The notes: a model not told the origin generated them from the sequence alone. A stretch of DNA of 64,000 nucleotides from Terriglobia bacterium (GCA_965198225.1 CBDAOY010000005.1:352001-416000); one strand, 5' to 3'. Shown: positions 30,413 through 40,022, counted from the first letter of the stretch. Program-made: numbers and translations.

Positions 30413-30635
30413 CCGATGAGAAAACCTCGGCCGGACGTGTGAAGTTCAAGAGCTGTCACACGTCCGGCCGGCGGTCCCGTCATACGCCGCCACCTTCAGA
30501 TCAGCCCCGAAATCCAGCAGGCGGACCGACCAAGAGTCGGTTGATCGACTCACTTCAGCTTTGACTGTTGGAATCGGTATCATTTTCGTCATGGCGCTTT
30601 GCGTGCGTCTCGACATGGAACGAGGAGCGGATTCT

Positions 30636-31688
30636 GTGAGCACTACCCCGTACTTCTCACCCGACTACAACACGGCACGCGATCGGTTTCGCAAGGCGGT
30701 CGAGCGGGAGGGAGGACGGCTCGATGCGCTCGAACTAGATGCCGAAGGACCAGAGGGAACGGATCTGACGATCGACATTGCCTGGTTCGGGTCGGTGAAC
30801 CCCAAACGCGCCCTCGTCCACTCGTCCGGACTGCACGGGGTGGAGGGATTCGCGGGCTCCGCCATCCAACTGCGGCTCCTCGACCAAATGCCCGCCATTG
30901 CTGAAGGTGACGCGATCGCTATAGTCCACATTCTGAATCCCTACGGTATGGCCTGGCTCCGCCGCTTCAACGAGAACAGCGTGGACCTGAACCGTAATTT
31001 TCTAGGCGAAGACGAGCGCTACAGCGGGACGCCTGAGGCATACCCCGGGCTGAACTCGTTCCTGAATCCGGCCAGCCCGCCTTCGCTGGACCTGTTTTCG
31101 CTTCGCGTCGCATGGCTCATCGCACGGCACGGCCTGGCCGCGATGAAAGAAGCAATCGTCAGCGGCCAATACGAGTACCCGAAGGGACTTTTCTTCGGCG
31201 GAAAGCGGCTGGAACAGGGGGCGCAATTGTACCTCGAATGGGTGCGAAAGCATCTGTCGACGACGGAGCGTGTCCTTGCGGTGGATATTCACACGGGTCT
31301 CGGAAAATCCGGCGAAGACACCCTGCTCGTAGACCGCAACGTGCACGCACGGGCACGTCGTCTGTTCGGCAGACGGGTCGCTCCCCTCGATGCGGATCGC
31401 AGCGTCGCCTACGAGACCCGCGGTGGTCTCGACATGAGGGTTACTGATCTGCTACCCAATGTCGACTTCGTCGGCCAGGAATTCGGGACATACGGCCCGA
31501 TTCATGTCCTCCACGCTCTTCGTGAGGAAAACCGCTGGCACCACTACGGCGGGGGCGGCATCGATCATCCGGTCAAGATAGGGTTGAAGGAAGCCTTCTG
31601 CCGGGACCAGGAGTCCTGGAGGCAGAAAGTGCTGACCCGTGGATGTGAGATGTTTGAGCAGGCAGTCGGTGTGGTGTTCGGATCCTAG
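30636..31688 (+). CDS. DUF2817 / M14-like zinc carboxypeptidase
   Basis: SGLHGVEG, NPYGMAWLRRFNENSVDLNRN, DIHTGLG, EFGT. Confidence 0.85.
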   Translation: MSTTPYFSPDYNTARDRFRKAVEREGGRLDALELDAEGPEGTDLTIDIAWFGSVNPKRALVHSSGLHGVEGFAGSAIQLRLLDQMPAIAEGDAIAIVHILNPYGMAWLRRFNENSVDLNRNFLGEDERYSGTPEAYPGLNSFLNPASPPSLDLFSLRVAWLIARHGLAAMKEAIVSGQYEYPKGLFFGGKRLEQGAQLYLEWVRKHLSTTERVLAVDIHTGLGKSGEDTLLVDRNVHARARRLFGRRVAPLDADRSVAYETRGGLDMRVTDLLPNVDFVGQEFGTYGPIHVLHALREENRWHHYGGGGIDHPVKIGLKEAFCRDQESWRQKVLTRGCEMFEQAVGVVFGS

Positions 31689-31959
31689 TGGCCTGGAACA
31701 ATGCTATCGGTACCATCGCCGATGGGTCTTGCGGGCGAGGTGGAGGAGGGAGACGGAAAGCGATGCTCTTTCATCGGTGACGGCTTCCGACAAAGAGATC
31801 GCCCACAACCCCCATCGGCCCGAAGGGTTCGGCCCAACGGCGCCGTCTTCGGTGTCGTAACGCCCTCGCAATGAAACAGCATTGGCTCGAGCGTCACTCC
31901 TAGAATCCGACGCCGTTCCGCCGAACGCTGGTACCGATAGCACTGTTACAGGTCACTAA
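31685..31959. mobile_element. 275-bp MITE-like element with ~30-bp terminal inverted repeats and structured core
   Basis: CTAGTGGCCTGGAACAATGCTATCGGTACC ... GGTACCGATAGCACTGTTACAGGTCACTAA; supplies the upstream TAG stop. Confidence 0.8.
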
Positions 31960-32044
31960 TCGATGCGGCGTCAGCCAGCGGTATCACAACGGTTAATCTG
32001 CTAAACTGGAGCTCGCCCTTTCCTTATCCCCCAGGACACAATCC

Positions 32045-33523
32045 ATGCTCTTCAAGACCCGTACCGGTGCGGTCTACGGTATCGAGGCTCGTCCCGTCGA
32101 GGTAGAAGTCAATATCTCCCCAGGCGGAAACGGCGACTTCAAAATCGTCGGTCTCCCGGATTCCGCCATTCGAGAGTCCCGCCCGCGGATCCGGGCGGCG
32201 GTCCGCAATTCCGGATTCGAGTTCCCTGTTCAATACATCACGATAAACCTGGCTCCCGCAAACCTCAGGAAGGAAGGTTCGGCGTTCGACCTCTCGATGG
32301 CCGTCGGCATACTGGGCGGCACGAGGCTGATTCACAATGACGTGTCCAACTGCTTGTTCATCGGCGAGCTCTCATTGGACGGACGACTGCGCCCCGTCCG
32401 GGGCGCGCTGTCGATGGCGATGCTCGCTCGAGACTCCGCTATCGAGCGGCTGATCCTGCCGGAAGCCAACGCGAAGGAAGCCGCCGTGGTCGAAGGTGTT
32501 TCCGTCTACCCGGTGAGGACACTCGCCGAGGTCGTCGATCTCGTAAATGGGAACGGCCCCACCAAGCCCTTCCGAGTCTCGGTCACCGACCACTGCGACC
32601 CCTCGCATTCGATCGAGGTCGCCGGCGCCGGCGGACACAACATCCTGATGATGGGTCCCCCCGGTTCCGGCAAGACGATGCTCGCCAGACGAATCCCGTC
32701 GGTGATCCCCCCAATGACGTTTGAAGAGAGCCTGGAAACGACGCGGATCCATTCCAATGCCAGTCTGCTTCCCAACGGCAACGGCCTGGTGGAGGAACGG
32801 CCGTTCCGGGCGCCGCATCACAGTGTTTCGGCCGCCGGCCTGATCGGAGGTGGATCGATTCCCCGCCCCGGCGAGGTCAGCCTGGCCCATAGCGGCGTCT
32901 TGTTTCTGGACGAGCTGCCGGAGTTCCCGCGGCACGTCCTCGAAGTGTTGCGCCAGCCCCTCGAAGACCAGAGCATCACGATCGCACGCACCCAGATGAC
33001 GCTCTCGTTTCCCTCGTCTTTCGTCCTTGTCGCTGCGATGAACCCCTGTCCGTGCGGCTACGCGGGCGACCCGCAGCGCGAGTGTCTGTGCACCCCTGCC
33101 CAGATCCAGCGGTACATGTCCAGGATCTCCGGTCCGTTGCTGGACCGAATCGACATCCAGGTTGCGGTACCCCGCGTTCAGTATCGTGAACTGAGGGAGG
33201 AGACGCCGGTCGAAAGTTCGGCTTCCATTCGAGAGCGAATCGTTCGTGTTCGTGAACGTCAGCGATCCCGACTTGGTAACGACGGCGTACTGGTCAACGC
33301 GCGGATGTCCCCCCGCCAGGTGGAGCGACATTGCCGACTGGAACCGGAATGCAGCCGGCTTCTCGAGAGAGCGGTAAATCGATTGGGCCTGTCAGCGAGA
33401 GGATGGAATAGGGTGCTCAAAGTGTCGCGCACGATCGCCGACCTCGAAGGAATCGAAACGATCCAGACCAGACATGTTGCCGAGGCGATCCAGTACCGGA
33501 GTCTCGATCGCGATCAGAGATAA
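32045..33523 (+). CDS. comM: YifB/ComM Mg-chelatase-like AAA+ ATPase (apparent short in-frame deletion)
   Basis: IVGLPD, NLAPANLRKEG, GPPGSGKT, FRAPHH, LFLDELPEF, NPCPCG. Confidence 0.93.
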   Translation: MLFKTRTGAVYGIEARPVEVEVNISPGGNGDFKIVGLPDSAIRESRPRIRAAVRNSGFEFPVQYITINLAPANLRKEGSAFDLSMAVGILGGTRLIHNDVSNCLFIGELSLDGRLRPVRGALSMAMLARDSAIERLILPEANAKEAAVVEGVSVYPVRTLAEVVDLVNGNGPTKPFRVSVTDHCDPSHSIEVAGAGGHNILMMGPPGSGKTMLARRIPSVIPPMTFEESLETTRIHSNASLLPNGNGLVEERPFRAPHHSVSAAGLIGGGSIPRPGEVSLAHSGVLFLDELPEFPRHVLEVLRQPLEDQSITIARTQMTLSFPSSFVLVAAMNPCPCGYAGDPQRECLCTPAQIQRYMSRISGPLLDRIDIQVAVPRVQYRELREETPVESSASIRERIVRVRERQRSRLGNDGVLVNARMSPRQVERHCRLEPECSRLLERAVNRLGLSARGWNRVLKVSRTIADLEGIETIQTRHVAEAIQYRSLDRDQR

Positions 33524-33875
33524 CGTTGAACCGTCATCAAGGCCACCTGCCACCGCGTCGTGGGCGTCCATTCCCGGCATTGTGCAAGCGGCTGTTTTCT
33601 ACCGAATCAGGGAAAGCGTCACCTCTGCTCAACCCGCAGGACTGGTAACCGCCGACCGACGACGACAGTCTTCTATTAAGTGGGCCGCGCCACGGTGTTC
33701 GTTATTGGGACGCCTGGTCGTGGATGCGGACAACCCACCGGTTGATCGGTCGCCCTCGTACGCTACAACCGACTGAATGTAAACGTGTTGACGGGTGTTC
33801 AACTTTGGACGACGACGTGCCTTTGAAGGGTGACTGGGAATCGACGTGCGAATAGACGAATCAGGATCGGCCTTC

Positions 33876-35070
33876 ATGCTATCGAAACAGAAATAGTCAG
33901 GCCCGGGCCGCAGGCCAAGGCACGCGATCGCCCGACGCGAGTCTTGCTCGCGGATGACCAGGCCGACGTGCTCACCGCCCTGCGACTGATGTTGAAAGCC
34001 GAGGGTTTCGAAGCGGAGGCGATCTCGGCGCCAGAGGAAATACTTCTGGCGGTGGAGAACGGAGACTTCGACTTGATCCTGATGGACATGAACTACACGC
34101 GAGACACCACGTCCGGCCTGGAAGGGCTGGAACTGCTGGCGCGGTTACAGACCCTCCCGCAGACGCCGCCGGTGGTCGTGATGACGGCATGGGGCAGCAT
34201 CGATCTGGCAGTCGAGGCGATGCGCCGCGGCGCCAGAGATTTTGTCCTCAAGCCCTGGGACAACCAGCGCCTTCTCGCCACGGTCCGGGAACATGCCCGG
34301 GGCGTAGAGCCGATTTCCAAGGACGCACGCGATCGGCAGCAGGGCGCCCGACTGGAGCGGGATCTCAAGATTGCCCGGAAGGTCCAGGGCCAATTGTTCC
34401 CCCGCAACGCACCGCCGCTGGACACTCTCGACTACAGCGCCGAATGCCGCCAGGCTGGAGCTGTCGGAGGCGACTACTACGACTTCCTGGATCTGGGGGA
34501 AGGACGGATGGCCCTGGTCCTGGCCGATGTGTCGGGCAAGGGCGTTGCCGGAGCATTGCTGATGGCCAACCTGCAGGCAACCCTGCGGAGCCAGTCGTCC
34601 AGGGGGCTCGAGGATCTCGGCGGGCTGTCGACGAAGTCAACCGCCTCTTTTACGACACGACCGCGCCCGAGCATTACGCCACGCTGGTCGTGGCGGCCTA
34701 CAACGACCGCACGCGCTCGGTTCGCTACGTCAACTGCGGTCACAATCCGCCCATGATTCTCCGCCGGAACGGTCAACTGGATCGCCTGCCCCCGACAACC
34801 ACGGTTCTTGGTCTGTTTCCGGACTTGGATGGTGACGTCGGCGAGATCACCCTCGATTCGGGAGACACCATGATCGCGTTTTCCGACGGCGTCACCGACG
34901 CGGAAAACGAGAGCGGTCAGCCCTTCGGCGAGGCGCGTTTGCTCGAACTGCTCGAAGAACACGCGCGGGAAGACATCTCTGTTCTGCCATCCCGAATCGC
35001 CGATGCGATTGAGGCCTCCGAGTTCCGCCAGGACGACGACTTGACGGTCGTCGCAGCGCGGGGCCGTTAG
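33876..35070 (+). pseudogene. Receiver + PP2C/SpoIIE (RsbU-like) phosphatase with two apparent 1-bp deletions
   Basis: LLADD...LMDMNY...KPW receiver; GGDYYD, ADVSGKG, NCGH, SDG, DDLT split over two frames at ~34627; ATG 33876 needs +1 base to give MAIETEIV. Confidence 0.8.
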
Positions 35071-35174
35071 CGGTCTCCAAAGAGTTCCCTTTCAATCGAA
35101 TTGCCATCTCGCCCAGCACCCTTTTCCCATGGGAATTCAGGTTCTTGAATGGCTGCCGAAAATTCCTCCAAATC

Positions 35175-35320
35175 TATTGCAAATTGGTCATCGGACGAAT
35201 CCACATTGGAAGTTGGAGATCGGAGGTTGCTCAATTTCCTATTGGTCGGATCTGAAATGAAGCAATTTCCAATGAGCAACCTGCAATGCGGACTATTCAA
35301 TATCGCGATTTGCAAATTGG
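35175..35320. repeat. AT-rich imperfect hairpin repeat; right arm recurs inverted at 46510-46581
   Basis: GAAATGAAGCAATTTCCAATGAGCAACCTGCAATGCGGA...TCGCGATTTGCAA. Confidence 0.75.
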
Positions 35321-35383
35321 GCCCAGCAGGTTTCAAAGAAAGCCGTTTTTGTTTGTTCAGCGAGCCTGCGGAGCGGTAGAGTC

Positions 35384-36214
35384 GTGCCCATGCGCCGCTC
35401 CCGAACCCGGATCTGGTCGAGTGTATTCCTGACCGTTCTGTTAACTGCCCCCTGGGCCGCTGCCTTCGGACAAAGTGTCCGGTTCCAGGGGGAGCAGATC
35501 GAGCGTTTCCTGGCTGGAGCACTGATCACGGATATGGAGAGCTCCCTTCAAGGCGTGACCCGGCCACGTAAGGCGACATTGGAGCTCGACGGGACGACCC
35601 ACAACGCAGTCTTCAAGAACATCGACGTCTTCAGGCCGGGCGTGACGACTCTGGGGGGAGGGACGGTCGAGATCGACTTTCAGGACAGCTGGAAAACGGA
35701 AGTCGCCGCATATGAACTCGACAAGCTGATCGGGCTGGGCATGGTGCCGGCGACCGTTTCGAGGGTTTACTCTCGACAGCGCGGATCCATGCAATGGTGG
35801 GTCGACAGCATAATGACCGAGTACGATCGAGTGAGCCAGGGCGTGCCGGTTCCGAACGGCGAAGCCTGGAACCGGCAACTCTACAAAGTTCGGCTCTTCG
35901 ACAACCTGATCTACAACGTCGACCGGCACCTGGGCAACGTGCTGATCACAGAAGACTGGCGGGTCTGCCTGATCGATCACTCCAGGACGTTTCGCCGGCG
36001 GACCGAGTTGCGTGCGCCGGACGATCTCAAGCGGTTCTCGAGATCGTTGCTTAGGGCGATCGAGCTCCTGGACGAAGACATATTGAGGGAAACGCTCGGC
36101 GCCTACCTCACCGGCACACAGATCCGGGCGATGCTCGAAAGGCGCGACAAGATACTCGCTCTGGCAAAGGAGAGGGTGCAGGAACAGGGGCAGGAGAGAA
36201 CACTTTATCCGTAG
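35384..36214 (+). CDS. Secreted PI3K/PI4K- or Fam20-like atypical kinase (paralog 1)
   Basis: Signal peptide (..LLTAPWAAAFG/Q); GVT loop, VFK, EVAAY, DRHLGN catalytic loop, LIDH. Confidence 0.85.
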   Translation: MPMRRSRTRIWSSVFLTVLLTAPWAAAFGQSVRFQGEQIERFLAGALITDMESSLQGVTRPRKATLELDGTTHNAVFKNIDVFRPGVTTLGGGTVEIDFQDSWKTEVAAYELDKLIGLGMVPATVSRVYSRQRGSMQWWVDSIMTEYDRVSQGVPVPNGEAWNRQLYKVRLFDNLIYNVDRHLGNVLITEDWRVCLIDHSRTFRRRTELRAPDDLKRFSRSLLRAIELLDEDILRETLGAYLTGTQIRAMLERRDKILALAKERVQEQGQERTLYP

Positions 36215-36355
36215 GCCGTTGTCCGTAGGCCGTTGTCGTGGTCAGTGGTCAGCCTAAAGAAGTGCACCTCTTGCTTGCTACTCGTTAGTCGTCACTTGTC
36301 ACTCGTCACTTGTCCCTCGCCACTGACCACTTCTTCGATCTTGTCAGCCGCCACT

Positions 36356-36904
36356 CTAGCTCTTTCTCCACAAACTCGCTTCCCACCGGTCCAGGGGGGT
36401 AAACAGTACGTTTCAGGTGGCCTCGGCGGCCTGGCGGTTCAGCGCGGACCCCATCACGTGGGGTATCGAACGCATCTCTCACCCCGGGGTGGCAAACGCC
36501 GCGGCCACGATGAAGGAAACACCGAGGTGGCCCAGAATGTAGACCATCAGCGATAGAACGAGCGCCCCGAAAGGCGGTCCCCACCAATCCCAGTAGGCGA
36601 TCAGATCGAATCCCACCGCCAGGAGGGCGAGAACCAGAAGAATGATCTGGCCGCGCTGGGCCGATTCCAGTCCGAAACCCCTCCGGAAGACCGCTCCGAA
36701 GAAGAAGAAGGAAAGGACCATGCCGACCAGAAGGCTGACGGGCAGTTCCGAACCTTTCCGTAATGCGAAGAATCCTTCCCAATTCCCGAGCGTGTTCAGG
36801 AGCAGGCTCAGCACGGCCAGGCCCATCGCGAGCCGGACTCCGCGCCCGATCGGTCCGGGCCGCGGCAGCGTCCCCGCCTCGACGGTTTCGGTGACGGCCA
36901 TCAC
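36356..36904 (-). CDS. Membrane protein with two in-frame TGA codons: candidate two-Sec selenoprotein (182 aa)
   Basis: ...AAAFATPG-TGA(36479-81)-EMRSIPHVMGSALNRQAAEAT-TGA(36413-15)-NVLFTPLDRWEASLWRKS-TAG(36356-58); hairpin after each TGA. Confidence 0.7.
36372..36412 (-). promoter_or_regulatory. Putative bacterial SECIS hairpin after the second UGA
   Basis: ACU-GUUU-A-CCCCCCUG-GAC-CGGUGGG-AAGC-G-AGU; G-containing apical loop ~20 nt after UGA. Confidence 0.5.
36442..36478 (-). promoter_or_regulatory. Putative bacterial SECIS hairpin after the first UGA
   Basis: ACCCCA-CGUGA-UGGGGU; loop starts 20 nt after UGA with G at loop position 2. Confidence 0.55.
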
Positions 36905-37122
36905 TGTCTCGCCAGGTCGGTTTGTGTGCCCGAGGTCCTCTTCTCTCCGTCATCGGCGCCGGGCAATACACACCAGAACCCAGGCCGACCTCGCGCGATG
37001 CCGATCCCCCAAATGATAAGAAGCAATGGCCAGATGTAATCCCAGGCTTCGTAGGGCAACATCCCCAGATTACTCAACAGGAACACGACGCCGATGAACG
37101 CGATCAAGTAGCCGCACCACAT
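36901..37122 (-). CDS. Small DUF5668/LiaI-like membrane protein
   Basis: GYLIAFIGVVFLLSNLG...IWPLLLIIWG; GAGGAGG RBS; stop overlaps the next start. Confidence 0.8.
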   Translation of the reverse strand: MWCGYLIAFIGVVFLLSNLGMLPYEAWDYIWPLLLIIWGIGIARGRPGFWCVLPGADDGEKRTSGTQTDLARQ

Positions 37123-37180
37123 TTAAAACCTCCTCGAGAGCCGTTCGTGACCCTCGAGAACATCATAGATGGACTATTCG

Positions 37181-37251
37181 GGTGCGGGCAAAGCGCGTCG
37201 AGTGAGCGGTCGGGAAAACGATCCGAATGGAGAAAATCCGGCCCTCAACGG
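37181..37251 (-). promoter_or_regulatory. LytTR-type direct repeats
   Basis: CCGTTGA / CCATTCG / CCGCTCA / CCGCACC at 21, 21 and 22 bp spacing on the minus strand. Confidence 0.6.
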
Positions 37252-37269
37252 ATCGGTGATTGGTGTCAG

Positions 37270-38025
37270 TCAGGCCCCTTCCAGCTTCTGCAGCAGTTCC
37301 TTGAGTCGTCGCCGACTCACTTCAAGCTTTGTGCCGTCCTTCAGGGTGACCTGCCCGTAGCCGCCGACGAGCGGCACGACCTCGTGCACGGCATCCAGAT
37401 TCACGATGGCCGAACGAGAGATTCTGAAAAAACTGGACGGGTCCAGCCGCCGTTCCAGGTCGAGGAGAGTCGGCTGCATCCAGAACTCGTCCTTGGAGGT
37501 ACACAGTTTCGTGAGACCTTCGTCGGAGCTGAAGTAAAAGACGTCGACGGCGGCAACCACTCGATACTTTGTGGCCCGCCTGGCCAGGAACCGCACGGCT
37601 CGCCCGGCCGGTTCGCGCGTCAGGTCTTCGACAATACGATCCGCTTCCTCCGGTGCAGCATCGCGGACCCGCTCGACGGCGCGTACGAGACGCGCCTTCG
37701 TCACGGGCTTGAGCAGGTAGTCGACAGCATGAAGATCAAACGCATCGATCGCGTACTGGTCGTAGGCCGTACAGAAGATGATCTTGGGCGCGGGCGAGGT
37801 CAGGGAGGCGGCAACCTCCAGGCCGCTCGAAACCGGCATCTGGATGTCGAGCAGGACGAGATCCGGCGTCAATTCATAGATCTTTTCCAGGGCCTCCTGC
37901 CCGTCTTCGGCCTCTCCGACGATGTCGATTCCTTCGATCGATTCCAGGAGCTGGCGCAGGCGTGCGCGGGCCGGTTGCTCGTCGTCGACGATGAGCGTGC
38001 GTGTGGCTGTCTTTGTTGACGACAC
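37270..38025 (-). CDS. LytTR family response regulator
   Basis: IVDDE, LLDIQMP, TAYDQYA, DYLLKP, FFRISRSAIVN, VSRRR. Confidence 0.95.
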   Translation of the reverse strand: MSSTKTATRTLIVDDEQPARARLRQLLESIEGIDIVGEAEDGQEALEKIYELTPDLVLLDIQMPVSSGLEVAASLTSPAPKIIFCTAYDQYAIDAFDLHAVDYLLKPVTKARLVRAVERVRDAAPEEADRIVEDLTREPAGRAVRFLARRATKYRVVAAVDVFYFSSDEGLTKLCTSKDEFWMQPTLLDLERRLDPSSFFRISRSAIVNLDAVHEVVPLVGGYGQVTLKDGTKLEVSRRRLKELLQKLEGA

Positions 38026-38026
38026 G

Positions 38027-39910
38027 TCAGGCTGTCCGAACCACCCGCTTGACGGGCATCTCAACCGAAACCACTGTCAGACCGGTGGTGGTATCGGAAC
38101 GTGCGCGAAGCAGGGCGGTGTCACCAAAGTACCCACTGAGTCGTTTCCGGATGTTGAGGAGACCATAGCCGGGGGCTGAGGACTCATCTCGTTCGGAGGG
38201 TATTTCGAAACCGGGACCATTGTCCCGAACATCGATCTGCAAACGGTCTTCCCTGAGACGCGCAGCGACCTCGATCCTGCCCGGGCCCCGGACGGCCGCA
38301 ACCCCGTGTTTGATAGCGTTCTCGACGAGCGTCTGGACGATCATCGTCGGCACCCGCGCATCCCGCACGTCGTCATCCATCTCGATCGTGAACTCGAGCC
38401 GCGGTCCGAACCGGGCCTGCTCCACTTCCAGGTAGGCTCGAAGAAACTCCATCTCGTCTTCGAGCCGGGCCCATTCCTTGTCGGAACGGCTCAAGGTGTA
38501 CCTGAAGATATCGGCGAGTCCTTCGACCGTCTCTTCAGCGCGAGCGGGATCTTTGGGAATCAACCCGGCAATCGCGTTCAGCGCGTTGAACAGGAAGTGG
38601 GGATTGATCTGGGCGCGCAGCGCCTTCAACTCGGAGCGACTGGCCTGGAGGCTCAGCTCCCGCCCGCGTCGATCTTGCTCCTGTCTGGCTTCCTGCAGGT
38701 GGACATTGTCCAGCATGGACGAAAAGACGTTGGCAAGCGAACCGAGCAGCGTCATGTCCCGCTCGAAGTACGGAATGTCGTTTCGACGCGATCCCATTCG
38801 AATCCGGCCGGCGATGCCGCCCTCCGACTCGAAGGAAACTTCTTCGACCGCTTCAAAGCTGTCCGCGGAGCGGGATTCCATCTCGACCCGGGCAGGCGCC
38901 TCGAAGACGACACCAAGCCTCTGCTGGGCCCGTTCAATGAGATCCCTCTCCGTCGTCGCTTCCTGCAGCCCTGCCAGAAAGAACTGAACGGCCTCCACGG
39001 GCTGATATCGCCGCCCCAGCCAGGCATGGTCGAGCCATTCGCCCAGCCGTTTGTGGATCCATGGCGCCGCCAGAGCCACCGGCAGGAGCGTGAGCGCATA
39101 CACCCAGACCGCGGCCCAACCCAGTTGGAGCCTTTCCACGCTCGGGAACACAAGGGCGAAATAAGAGACCAGCAGCCCGAGCACGATGAAGAGAAAGCCG
39201 CCGCGTTTGACGAAGACATCGAAGAACCCGAACCGCGAATGGTAGTACTGGCTGGCAAACAGAAAGTAGAGAGGGCAGGAACGGAGGAACACGTCCCCCT
39301 GAGAACCAAAGACATTCCAGCCGAGCACCTCGGCGACGATCAGGAGAAAGATCACCGACATCAAACCTGTAAACCACTTTCGGCTCATGCCCTCCCGACC
39401 ACCCTCTCGACCTCTGCGCGAACGACGGCTGAGATAGATCAGGAACCCGATCGCGATCATGAACTGCAGGTTCAGGATGAGTATGAGCGGCTGCATCAGC
39501 CCGCCGAGCGGGGCGCCGAAGAGCTGGAGCGAAATACCGAAGGCGAGGACGATCGCAACCAGGCTGACGACGTACACCGCACTGATGCCGTGTTTCCAGA
39601 AACCGGCGACCGTGGCTTCGTTTCCGACGTAGAGGTTGTGCATCATCGTCGGTGGGAAGAGAAAAGCGACGATCAGCAGCATCAGGTCGACCACCGGCGC
39701 GGGGCGTCCCCCCTGCTCGGCGAGGATCTCCAGAAAATTCAGACCGAACCACGCGGCACAGACCAGCAGGAAGACTCCGCCGACAAGATGTTCTGAACCG
39801 GAACAATAGGAGTGCGTATGTCGTTTCTGATGACGTTCGCTCAGCCAGAAGACAAAGAACGACAGGAAAGCCAGCGCACCGAATGTGTAGAGCAAGGTCC
39901 CGACCAGCAA
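38027..39910 (-). CDS. LytS-family multi-TM sensor histidine kinase
   Basis: LRAQINPHFLFNALN, EQARFG, VENAIKHG, DNGPG, GYGLLNI; ~9 TM helices. Confidence 0.93.
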   Translation of the reverse strand: MLVGTLLYTFGALAFLSFFVFWLSERHQKRHTHSYCSGSEHLVGGVFLLVCAAWFGLNFLEILAEQGGRPAPVVDLMLLIVAFLFPPTMMHNLYVGNEATVAGFWKHGISAVYVVSLVAIVLAFGISLQLFGAPLGGLMQPLILILNLQFMIAIGFLIYLSRRSRRGREGGREGMSRKWFTGLMSVIFLLIVAEVLGWNVFGSQGDVFLRSCPLYFLFASQYYHSRFGFFDVFVKRGGFLFIVLGLLVSYFALVFPSVERLQLGWAAVWVYALTLLPVALAAPWIHKRLGEWLDHAWLGRRYQPVEAVQFFLAGLQEATTERDLIERAQQRLGVVFEAPARVEMESRSADSFEAVEEVSFESEGGIAGRIRMGSRRNDIPYFERDMTLLGSLANVFSSMLDNVHLQEARQEQDRRGRELSLQASRSELKALRAQINPHFLFNALNAIAGLIPKDPARAEETVEGLADIFRYTLSRSDKEWARLEDEMEFLRAYLEVEQARFGPRLEFTIEMDDDVRDARVPTMIVQTLVENAIKHGVAAVRGPGRIEVAARLREDRLQIDVRDNGPGFEIPSERDESSAPGYGLLNIRKRLSGYFGDTALLRARSDTTTGLTVVSVEMPVKRVVRTA

Positions 39911-39973
39911 GTGGCACCTCTCGATGGGGAAAGTCTAGCCCAGCCGCGGGGTAGCGACCCTCCGAGTTTCGGG

Positions 39974-40022
39974 CGAGCGGCGCAATCGAGGGTTTGAGCG
40001 GCGGGATCGAACGGCCGAGCGG
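39974..40022 (-). promoter_or_regulatory. LytTR-type direct repeats upstream of the sensor kinase
   Basis: CCGCTCG / CCGCTCA / CCGCTCG at exact 21-bp period. Confidence 0.7.

Noticed and set aside
36356-36481. Genome-wide TGA reassignment (code 4/25)
   Set aside because: Many genes here end in TGA, often in ATGA overlaps, so any read-through must be site-specific.
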